Part shown: positions 36,956 through 43,537 of the stretch, piece after piece | How the letters are laid out: every line of letters starts with the position of its first letter | Numbering within the stretch: position 1 is the first letter of the stretch | Sequence record: KT919973.1 | Strand: one strand, 5' to 3' | DNA: 64,000 nt | Made by a program: the position numbers and the translations under genes | Notes under the pieces: model-generated | Databases searched by the model: none | What the model was told of the DNA's origin: nothing | Seen by the model: only the letters and a program-made list of their open reading frames with translations

Positions 36956-37107
36956 ACCAAAGTACACTTTAAAAGCTTGCATTATGTCTTGGAGAAATAG
37001 ATAAATCTACTAGCAACACCGCCGTCGCTACCTGCAATACTTTGGGACATATAACGTTTGTCAACCGGACTCATTTGCGTGTGTCATTCGGTCGGAGCAC
37101 TACTCCG

Positions 37108-37347
37108 TCATACAGTTTTCTTTAAGTAGATACTATCAGCCGATAGTTCTCTTGTAAACATATTTTTGAAATAAATTTCGATGTCTGCTTCGGTTGTTGA
37201 AGACTCAATCGACAATGCAAGCTCTAAAATCTTGCCACGTTTATACCCAGCACGCCAACAATCAAACATAAGTCTGTCCATTTGCTGTAGCTTTTCGATT
37301 TGGTTGTGGTTTACGTATTCATGAGTTTCAAGTAATGCAGGCGTCAT
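37108..37347 (-). CDS. hypothetical protein
   Basis: 79-aa ORF with GAGA RBS between tRNAs. Confidence 0.7.
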   Translation of the reverse strand: MTPALLETHEYVNHNQIEKLQQMDRLMFDCWRAGYKRGKILELALSIESSTTEADIEIYFKNMFTRELSADSIYLKKTV

Positions 37348-37370
37348 AATTTATTTCTCATCATAAAGAA

Positions 37371-37444
37371 TGGTAGTCCCTAGTGGAATCGAGCCACTTC
37401 TTTCTCTGTGTAAAAGAGACGTACTGCCATTATACTAAGGGACC
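37371..37444 (-). tRNA. tRNA-Val(TAC)
   Basis: cloverleaf, CCA. Confidence 0.93.
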
Positions 37445-37450
37445 AAAATT

Positions 37451-37524
37451 TGGAGCGGGTACACGGACTCGAACCGAGACGAACGACTTGGAAGGACGTC
37501 ATGCTACCATTACATCATACCCGC
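37451..37524 (-). tRNA. tRNA-Gly(TCC)
   Basis: cloverleaf, U73, CCA. Confidence 0.93.
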
Positions 37525-37713
37525 ATTGTTAATCTGAAGCGTCGAACAAATCACGTATTGCACGTAGATTCGTAAGCTCTACAGTAAGTGTTCTTATAAA
37601 GAACGGGTTGGTCTCATTCGCGAGACATTTTTCAACATATCGAATTTTATCGCGTATGTTGCCCTTGCTTAGTGTAAAGTAGTCATGCTTCGTAACCTCT
37701 TTGTTTTTGAATT

Positions 37714-37789
37714 TGGAGGTGACACCGATACTCGAAATCGGATCTTACGCCGTATGAAAGCGTTGCTCTGCCACTTGAGCTACATCACC
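37714..37789 (-). tRNA. tRNA-Met(CAT), elongator-like, atypical T53-A61 and U73
   Basis: cloverleaf, CCA. Confidence 0.85.
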
Positions 37790-37929
37790 AATTGCAGTAA
37801 TTAACTCATTTAATCGCACACTGGCTGACACCATATATTCATGGTCTGAGTGAGGAACCACATAGTGGGTACTGTTACCTCTGCTTAGTTTTGATTGTTT
37901 TACATGACGATGACTAGAAACGTTCATAA

Positions 37930-38300
37930 TAATGCCACGCGATACATCCTATATCGCTGCTAACATCTAAGTTAGCGTATCTTGCCTTTCGGCTACAGTG
38001 TCGTTTCCGACGAATTAAGTACAGACAATACCGAAGTGTTTTTTCGTCTTTTGCATAAATCGGAGTTGACTAGCTTATTGATTCTCAACAAGCAAATATC
38101 GTCTGTTTCAGCGACGCGCCTATCTGACTATTTCTAGACAGAGAGAATCTTTCCTTTCAAGCTGCGCCTAAGCAAGCTCAGGTTAAAATCAGCCCAGGTT
38201 AAGATCATCACTTCTTTTAAGTAATTTCAATTGTTTGCTGTATATTGTCTCTCTCACCATGCTCGTGATATGCCGAAGCAAAGTATCATTCGTCGCATGA
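37930..38300 (-). ncRNA. large structured RNA (230-370 nt) with ATACAGCAAA motif
   Basis: nested stems CGACGAAT/ATTCGTCG (38008-15/38288-95) and AGACAATA/TATTGTCT (38023-30/38243-50); motif immediately 3-prime of the inner stem. Confidence 0.6.
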
Positions 38301-38313
38301 TAAGAGCTTAATA

Positions 38314-38389
38314 TGGCACGCCGTATGAGATTCGAACTCATAACCCCATCCTTAGAAGGGACGTGCTCTTCCAATTGAGCTAACAGCGC
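38314..38389 (-). tRNA. tRNA-Arg(TCT)
   Basis: cloverleaf, CCA. Confidence 0.94.
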
Positions 38390-38463
38390 ATTGAAAAGAT
38401 TCGAACCATGAACTAGTGTAGACGATGGTAGTAAAGAGAGTCTACGCTCATGTGTTCGAAATT

Positions 38464-38538
38464 TGGTGGACACGCAGGGAGTCGAACCCTATCTTCCTCA
38501 TTGCAAGTGAGGCGCTTTCCCAATTAAGCTAACGGCCC
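38464..38538 (-). tRNA. tRNA-Ala(TGC), imperfect acceptor stem
   Basis: G3:U70 present; acceptor pairs fully only with a bulged U. Confidence 0.85.
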
Positions 38539-38545
38539 ATATTTT

Positions 38546-38755
38546 TTACAACTGTGTGATTGAAATATATTCCCAACCGTATAAACCTTCAAGTTCTTCA
38601 ATCGGCTCACTAACAATGTCAGAAATATATTCAGCAACTTTTGCTTCAACTTCTTCATTAGATAATTCTTCACTAACGGAAAAAACATCTTCGTTATTGT
38701 TGCCACCGAAATCCCCACCAATGTCATATTCACACCATACAGAAATATAGTTCAT
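38546..38755 (-). CDS. small acidic hypothetical protein
   Basis: start moved to ATG 38755 (MNYISVWCEY); the ORF-track start lies inside tRNA-Thr. Confidence 0.75.
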   Translation of the reverse strand: MNYISVWCEYDIGGDFGGNNNEDVFSVSEELSNEEVEAKVAEYISDIVSEPIEELEGLYGWEYISITQL

Positions 38756-38779
38756 GTTATTCTCGCAGTTGTTTGAAAA

Positions 38780-38855
38780 TGGTGCCCTGACACGGATTCG
38801 AACCGCGAACCTGCTCATTACAAGTGAGCTGCACTGCCAGTTGTGCTATCAGGGC
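38780..38855 (-). tRNA. tRNA-Thr(TGT)
   Basis: cloverleaf, CCA. Confidence 0.94.
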
Positions 38856-38861
38856 GTTACT

Positions 38862-38973
38862 GAGTGTTATTACTAGCGTCGTCCAGACCAGTGATACCAA
38901 CACTGAAAGGGAATCGAACCCTAAACATTTCTTTCCGATAAGAATATTAGTAAATTGTTTGCTGAAAACACTC
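38862..38973 (-). ncRNA. about 112-nt RNA with TTCAGCAAA motif and an internal T-arm mimic
   Basis: GAGTGTT/AACACTC stem, AGGG-TTCGATT-CCCT, CAGTG-TTGGTAT-CACTG. Confidence 0.65.
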
Positions 38974-38982
38974 TTCGGTATT

Positions 38983-39056
38983 TGGCTGGGGATAACAGAT
39001 TCGAACTGATACCAACGCATTCAAAGTACGTTATGCTGCCTTTACACCAATCCCCA
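38983..39056 (-). tRNA. tRNA-Gln(TTG)
   Basis: cloverleaf, U1:A72, G73. Confidence 0.94.
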
Positions 39057-39075
39057 ATTGTTCTTAAATTATCTT

Positions 39076-39151
39076 TGGCGGAACCGACGGGTTTCGAACC
39101 CGCTACCTTCTCCGTGACAGGGAGACATGCAACCACTTACACCTCGGCTCC
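39076..39151 (-). tRNA. tRNA-Asp(GTC)
   Basis: cloverleaf, CCA. Confidence 0.95.
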
Positions 39152-39219
39152 CCAAAGACAACTTAAAGTAGTTGCTTTGTTTTTCAAGTTCACACTTAAC
39201 GGTAGTGACTCTCCGAATT

Positions 39220-39295
39220 TGGCGGACCGCCCGAGACTCGAACTCGGAACTCCTCGCTTAACAGGCGAGCACTCTAACCATTGAGTTAGCGATCC
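39220..39295 (-). tRNA. tRNA-Asn(GTT)
   Basis: cloverleaf, CCA. Confidence 0.95.
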
Positions 39296-39307
39296 TAAAT
39301 TTAAAAC

Positions 39308-39365
39308 AGTAATCCTTTTTGCTTTTTCCAAATAAAAGTGCTGTATTGTTTGCTGTAAGATTACT
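39308..39365 (-). ncRNA. minimal 58-nt motif RNA
   Basis: AGTAATC/GATTACT stem followed by TTACAGCAAAC. Confidence 0.6.
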
Positions 39366-39370
39366 TAAAC

Positions 39371-39444
39371 TGGCAGGGGCATAGAGATTCGAACTCTAAC
39401 GAACGGGTTTGGAATCCGTCATGCTGCCTTTACATCATGCCCCT
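39371..39444 (-). tRNA. tRNA-Trp(CCA)
   Basis: cloverleaf, G73, CCA. Confidence 0.93.
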
Positions 39445-39450
39445 AAAATT

Positions 39451-39524
39451 TGGTAGTCCCTAAGAGAATCGAACTCTTACCAAGCGATTATCGGTCGCAC
39501 GCTCTACCGTTGAGCTAAGGGACT
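39451..39524 (-). tRNA. tRNA-Ile(GAT)
   Basis: cloverleaf, CCA. Confidence 0.92.
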
Positions 39525-39588
39525 AAAGTGAGCACATTTCAGTGCTCGTGTTAATCGGTTAAGTGACTAAACTTCCCGGTTAACTAAT

Positions 39589-39687
39589 TGGCGGAAGACT
39601 AGGGATTCGAACCCTAACATCACCTCCCGGTGACCGACGGTTTTCAAGACCGTTGCCGCTACCCAGAATCTCTCGGCTAAGCCTTCC
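39589..39687 (-). tRNA. tRNA-Ser(TGA) with enlarged 15-nt D loop
   Basis: GCCG-AGAGATTCTGGGTAG-CGGC D arm, long V arm, CCA. Confidence 0.9.
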
Positions 39688-39693
39688 AATTAA

Positions 39694-39936
39694 TTATTTG
39701 TGTCTACCCCACATCAGCTTATCAAACTGACTAAGATATTCTTCAACTGCATCAGCATTCGCTTGACTGACAACCCAAACATTATCTTGTGATTTTGATT
39801 TGGTGTCTCTAACAGCGCCAAGTTTTTGCATCATGTTTCGATGTCTCTCTCTATCCATTGCACCACTAAAAAGTGAGCCAGAAACTCCGAAAGTAACATC
39901 TTTCGACTCGGTAATGAATTCATCAAATGTTTTCAT
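39694..39936 (-). CDS. putative internal head protein (T4 IP-like targeting sequence)
   Basis: MKTFDEFITESK vs T4 IP consensus MKTYQEFIAE; CTAAATA late promoter at 39964-39970 (-). Confidence 0.75.
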   Translation of the reverse strand: MKTFDEFITESKDVTFGVSGSLFSGAMDRERHRNMMQKLGAVRDTKSKSQDNVWVVSQANADAVEEYLSQFDKLMWGRHK

Positions 39937-39982
39937 TGTAATTTTCCTTATTGCGTAAAACAATATTTAGTCGAAATAAATT

Positions 39983-40059
39983 TGGTTGCGTGGGGCTGGA
40001 TTCGAACCAGCGTTCTCCGGCTTATGAGACCGACGAGATGACCACTTCTCTACCCCGCA
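39983..40059 (-). tRNA. tRNA-fMet-like (CAT), bulged A in the acceptor
   Basis: TGCGGGG acceptor resembles initiator tRNA; the anticodon stem lacks the three G-C pairs. Confidence 0.85.
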
Positions 40060-40069
40060 ATTATTCAAC

Positions 40070-40156
40070 AGCTTGCGTTCTTTGGTCTGTTTATCGCTGT
40101 CTGAACTGAGTTCGCCGAGCGATCAATAGATTAAGTTAAATTGCAGTATGCAAGCT
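40070..40156 (-). ncRNA. 87-nt motif RNA
   Basis: AGCTTGC/GCAAGCT stem followed by ATACTGCAAT; internal ATCGCT/AGCGAT hairpin. Confidence 0.6.
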
Positions 40157-40161
40157 AAAAC

Positions 40162-40247
40162 TGGTGGAGCGTAGAGGAATCGAACCTCTCTACCCGTTAA
40201 GGGTCAGGGATTTACAGTCCCCTGTCTCACCTTGAGACGTACGCTCC
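40162..40247 (-). tRNA. tRNA-Tyr(GTA)
   Basis: cloverleaf, long V arm, CCA. Confidence 0.93.
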
Positions 40248-40253
40248 GTAATT

Positions 40254-40328
40254 TGGTTCTCCCGACGAGATTCGAACTCGCGCACTTCACCTTGAAAGGG
40301 TGATGACCTACCGTTAGTCCACGGGAGA
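40254..40328 (-). tRNA. tRNA-Glu(TTC)
   Basis: cloverleaf, CCA. Confidence 0.93.
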
Positions 40329-40391
40329 ATTAAATTGTATATTGATTTGCAAGCTATCTAACTTGCAAAGCGATACACAATGTATCTAATT

Positions 40392-40468
40392 TGGTACGCC
40401 GCCCTGGACTCGAACCAGACACCTGAGAGTTAAAAGCTCCCTGCTCTTCCATGATGAGCTACCGACGC
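40392..40468 (-). tRNA. tRNA-Lys(TTT)
   Basis: cloverleaf, CCA. Confidence 0.94.
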
Positions 40469-40479
40469 ATTATAAAATA

Positions 40480-40554
40480 TGGTGCACCCCCTCGGAATCG
40501 AACCGAGCACTGCGGGACTTCAATCCGCCGCTTTTCCTGATAAGCTAAGGGTGC
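40480..40554 (-). tRNA. tRNA-Phe(GAA)
   Basis: cloverleaf, CCA. Confidence 0.9.
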
Positions 40555-40555
40555 T

Positions 40556-40632
40556 TGGTACGCAAGAAGAGATTCGAACTCTTAACTTCTGGTTTCTAAG
40601 ACCAGTGCCTCTGCCAATTGGGCTACTTGCGC
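40556..40632 (-). tRNA. tRNA-Leu(TAG), short variable arm
   Basis: cloverleaf, CCA. Confidence 0.93.
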
Positions 40633-40650
40633 ATTAAATTTTGTAAACTT

Positions 40651-40780
40651 CTTTTCTTCATTGTACATGATGTTTTTATCGTTGTAAACATCTTTTTTGA
40701 AAAACTTTTCATTCGATTTTGAATGATGTTTCGCTTTTCTTCATTGTACACGATGTTTATATCGTTGTAAACATCTTTTT
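40651..40780 (-). promoter_or_regulatory. two tandem-duplicated T4-early-like promoters
   Basis: 47-bp direct repeats (40651-97, 40734-80) each reading GTTTACA-17bp-TACAAT on minus with an internal GATGTTT/AAACATC inverted repeat. Confidence 0.8.
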
Positions 40781-40818
40781 GAATTTATTTTGAAGAACTT
40801 AACGTTTTCATTTTCTAT

Positions 40819-40852
40819 GTGTTAATATTAACACTCGCTCAAGACATCATAA
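40819..40852 (-). promoter_or_regulatory. promoter whose -10 lies in a 16-bp perfect palindrome
   Basis: TTTATG-17bp-TAATAT; palindrome GTGTTAATATTAACAC at 40819-40834. Confidence 0.55.
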
Positions 40853-40986
40853 ACACTAATTTATGAAAAAGTTCGTTAAATTCTATCATCTCGACAGTAC
40901 TTAACGAGATACGGTCCTAAGCGTATCAATTCGTAGAAGCAGTTTCGGGAATGTGCGAAATCGAGCTTCAATCAAACAACACTAAC

Positions 40987-41062
40987 TGGCACCCAATACA
41001 AGATTCGAACTTGTAACCTTCGCCTTCGTAGGGCGCTGCTCTTCCAATTGAGCTAATCGGGC
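40987..41062 (-). tRNA. tRNA-Arg(ACG)
   Basis: cloverleaf, CCA. Confidence 0.94.
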
Positions 41063-41070
41063 ATTAAAAC

Positions 41071-41147
41071 TGGTCCGTGACAAGCGATTCGAACGCTTAA
41101 CTTCTCCGCCCCAAACGGAGTACTCTACCAGATTGAGCTAGTCACGG
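41071..41147 (-). tRNA. tRNA-Pro(TGG)
   Basis: cloverleaf, CCA. Confidence 0.93.
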
Positions 41148-41156
41148 ATTTTAAAT

Positions 41157-41230
41157 TGGTCGGGACGAAGAGACTCGAACTCTTACCACATGCTCCCAAA
41201 GCATGAACGCTACCTTTACGCCACGTCCCG
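41157..41230 (-). tRNA. tRNA-Pro(TGG), second divergent copy
   Basis: cloverleaf, CCA. Confidence 0.93.
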
Positions 41231-41307
41231 TTTGTTCTTTAACTTTGTTTATCATACTCTGTAATCAAAGTACGTTAAACAAAATTTCTTAACTTTCTTA
41301 CGCCCAT

Positions 41308-41331
41308 AAAAAAGGACGCTATTTGCGTCCT
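41308..41331 (-). terminator. intrinsic terminator
   Basis: GGACGC AAATA GCGTCC T6 (minus). Confidence 0.85.
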
Positions 41332-41334
41332 CAA

Positions 41335-41520
41335 GTATACTTCTATGTTATACTATCGGACTACAAGAGGGTATCCCACTTCTGGTTCGCAATCGGATTC
41401 GCTAGATACACGAATTCTGAGCGCAGAAAATCGCTGCGTAATGTCTCAGATGAATGTGTAAACGAATGCGTCATTGAATGCTCTCTTGAAATAAAAATTA
41501 AAATTTGTTTTGTTTCTTTA
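41335..41520 (-). ncRNA. stand-alone rod-shaped RNA with an internal bubble
   Basis: TGT-TATAAG(TA) promoter-like site at about 41524-41534, nested stems CAAGAG/CTCTTG, CGCA/TGCG, TACAC/GTGTA, TCTGAG/CTCAGA, CGCAG/CTGCG, own terminator. Confidence 0.55.
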
Positions 41521-41601
41521 TAGTACTTATAACACTAAATCTGACGATTTGCGGTATTTCGCAGAAAATTGAAAAAAAATTATCAATTTTCTGCGATTTT
41601 A

Positions 41602-41838
41602 TTAACCTAAGTGTTTTCGCTTGTTCATTTCAGCAAGAATTTCGTCGTTGTAGTGCTTATTAAGCTCAACGAATTTCTTGTGCTGATCTGAAGTCAATTC
41701 GTTTGTATCGTTCAGATGCTTCAAAAACCCAAGAGGCTTACGAAACGACTTGCGATATTCATTCAGACGCTCATCTGTTAGATTGCGCAATTGTTTCGGA
41801 GTCAGTAACGTTTTGTTGATATTAAATGTTCCGCTCAT
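41602..41838 (-). CDS. hypothetical protein
   Basis: start moved to ATG 41838 after GAGG. Confidence 0.75.
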   Translation of the reverse strand: MSGTFNINKTLLTPKQLRNLTDERLNEYRKSFRKPLGFLKHLNDTNELTSDQHKKFVELNKHYNDEILAEMNKRKHLG

Positions 41839-41864
41839 GTTATACCTCACTAGTTTATCAAAAA

Positions 41865-41980
41865 TGGTAGTCGGGGCTGGATTCGAACCAGCGACCACGT
41901 GCTTAACAGGCAATTGAAGGAGTGCTGGAGCGATACTTGTCAGTATCATTCTTCGTGCTCTACCACTGAGCTACCCGACT
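41865..41980 (-). ncRNA. tRNA-Asn(GTT)-derived RNA with a 41-nt insertion in the anticodon stem
   Basis: removing AAGAATGATACTGACAAGTATCGCTCCAGCACTCCTTCAAT restores a perfect 75-nt tRNA-Asn with CCA. Confidence 0.8.
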
Positions 41981-41985
41981 ATGAA

Positions 41986-42507
41986 TTATTTAACTTTGAA
42001 TTTCAAATTTCGATATTCAAAGTTTCGTTTGTCTTTTTTACTGTAATACGTATCCCAATCAATAGAAACAGGACAGTTCTTACTACCCACACGAGATAAG
42101 AAAACGTCGTGAGTGTCTTTGTAAGCTTCTCTGAGAGACTTTACTTGTTTCTCATGATGAGTTATGTACTCAGCACACGCTTTGTTGTACTCAGCTTTAG
42201 AGAAGCGTTCATCGCCCGTGAAATTACCGTTTAGATACGGTCGAATAACACGAACACGTTCTTTAGACCATCCCATACTAAAACTATTTTCAATTCGACC
42301 GATGATTTCACCAGTCTTTTTACATCGTGCAAGAATAACCCAGCAACGCTCTCTTCGAAAGTCTTTTCGAGTGAATATATTGATGTACTTATCAACATAC
42401 TCTTGATAGCGTTCGTTATATATTTTACGAAGTCTGCTACGTTCTTCAATCGTCATAGCAGCACGTTCTTCTTTAGAGAACGCTTCAACGAACTTCAATG
42501 GTTTCAT
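41986..42507 (-). CDS. basic hypothetical protein
   Basis: start moved to ATG 42507 (MKPLKFVEAF) after GAGG. Confidence 0.75.
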   Translation of the reverse strand: MKPLKFVEAFSKEERAAMTIEERSRLRKIYNERYQEYVDKYINIFTRKDFRRERCWVILARCKKTGEIIGRIENSFSMGWSKERVRVIRPYLNGNFTGDERFSKAEYNKACAEYITHHEKQVKSLREAYKDTHDVFLSRVGSKNCPVSIDWDTYYSKKDKRNFEYRNLKFKVK

Positions 42508-42520
42508 TATAATTTCCTCT

Positions 42521-42760
42521 TGGCGCCGCTCGTGTGAATCGAACACACGTCAAACACAACACCTCTTCAACCCAATTAGAGTTTCGAAGTAAGAGCTAAT
42601 CAGCATTTCAGAGCAGCCGAGCGTTATTTCTACATACAAGACTTCGACATCTCACATGCACTTTCTACTCGGTCCCAGTGATTCGGTACCAACGTAGGTT
42701 GCGAGCCTACGTCTGCACTAATGTTGGGAATACACTGTGTATTGTACGCCAGTTAGCGGC
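42521..42760 (-). ncRNA. 240-nt RNA with tRNA-like acceptor/T-arm ends and CCA
   Basis: GCCGCT/AGCGGC-G-CCA, CGTGTG-TTCGATT-CACACG, several internal hairpins. Confidence 0.7.
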
Positions 42761-42764
42761 ATTT

Positions 42765-42995
42765 TTAAAGATAGCTGTCAAAAACATCATCACTGACTTC
42801 TTCAATCTTGATGTCAGCGTAACATTCGTTCGCAACTGCTCGAATTTCATCTATTGAAACTGTACCCGAGTACAAAACAACAGAGTCGTTCGGAATCACA
42901 ACATCACACATGTATCTGTCAAACATTTCAGTTCTGAAATCGTAATCGACGTAGCAGCCGTGCATTGATGTGATAACTAGCAATTTATGTGACAT
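42765..42995 (-). CDS. hypothetical early protein
   Basis: GAGG RBS; promoter immediately upstream. Confidence 0.8.
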   Translation of the reverse strand: MSHKLLVITSMHGCYVDYDFRTEMFDRYMCDVVIPNDSVVLYSGTVSIDEIRAVANECYADIKIEEVSDDVFDSYL

Positions 42996-43025
42996 AATGT
43001 TTTCCTCGTGTAGTTGATAATGTGT

Positions 43026-43054
43026 ATACTACACGTTGATGAAACGTCTGTCAA
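43026..43054 (-). promoter_or_regulatory. sigma70-type early promoter
   Basis: TTGACA-17bp-TAGTAT; inverted repeat CGTGTAGT/ACTACACG at 43007-43035. Confidence 0.8.
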
Positions 43055-43073
43055 CAACTTTTTCAATTTATTT

Positions 43074-43151
43074 TGGTGACCCCAACAGGACTCGAACCTG
43101 TAACCTACCGATTATGAGTCGGTTGCTCTAACCAAGTTGAGCTATAGGGCC
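43074..43151 (-). tRNA. tRNA-Ile2(CAT)-like
   Basis: GGCCCTA acceptor and ACCGACTCATAATCGGT arm resemble ileX-type tRNA. Confidence 0.88.
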
Positions 43152-43152
43152 A

Positions 43153-43521
43153 TTATTTCTCTAGAAATCGACCTACTTTAGCAGCGAAGATGTTTGCTTC
43201 TTCTGTAATACGAGCAGTCGATTTGATTTGATGAAATGCGTCTTGTTGATGCAGCAAATCGAGCTTATCTGCACACTTCATTAAATCTTTTATCGTTTTC
43301 ATAATCTCAATGTTATCAAACTGACTTGTATCAGGATGATGGTTGAGATTATCTAATATCGGCAGAACTTGTTGATAACAACCCATACCAATGAAGTTTA
43401 TCATAAGTCTGTATTGAATTTCAACCGAAAATGTACAATATTTTCTAAGATTGCGTTTTACAATCTCACAACGATGTAAAGTACAATCTAATTCGTTGTT
43501 TATACTATCAAACTTACTCAT
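43153..43521 (-). CDS. hypothetical protein
   Basis: start moved to ATG 43521 (MSKFDS) after GAGGG. Confidence 0.75.
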   Translation of the reverse strand: MSKFDSINNELDCTLHRCEIVKRNLRKYCTFSVEIQYRLMINFIGMGCYQQVLPILDNLNHHPDTSQFDNIEIMKTIKDLMKCADKLDLLHQQDAFHQIKSTARITEEANIFAAKVGRFLEK

Positions 43522-43537
43522 AAAACCCTCGAAATTT

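Noticed and set aside
37285-37292. Extra CAGCAA motif copy
   Set aside because: Lies inside a coding region (LQQM) without a flanking stem; likely chance.
37790-37800. TTACTGCAAT motif just before tRNA-Met
   Set aside because: Sits at the 3-prime side of a putative stem rather than after a 5-prime arm, so it was not counted as a family member.
36627-39331. ORF-track entries overlapping tRNAs (36627, 36761, 37745, 38189, 38757, 38824, 38921, 38955, 39137)
   Set aside because: They run through well-formed tRNA or ncRNA genes and lack RBSs.
41559-41596. 14-bp perfect inverted repeat as a novel element
   Set aside because: Followed by a T-tract on the plus strand; most simply an antisense-blocking terminator.
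42521-42760. Genuine tmRNA
   Set aside because: No GGGGC start, no G3:U70, G rather than A at 73, and the internal frame lacks a hydrophobic/Ala tag end.
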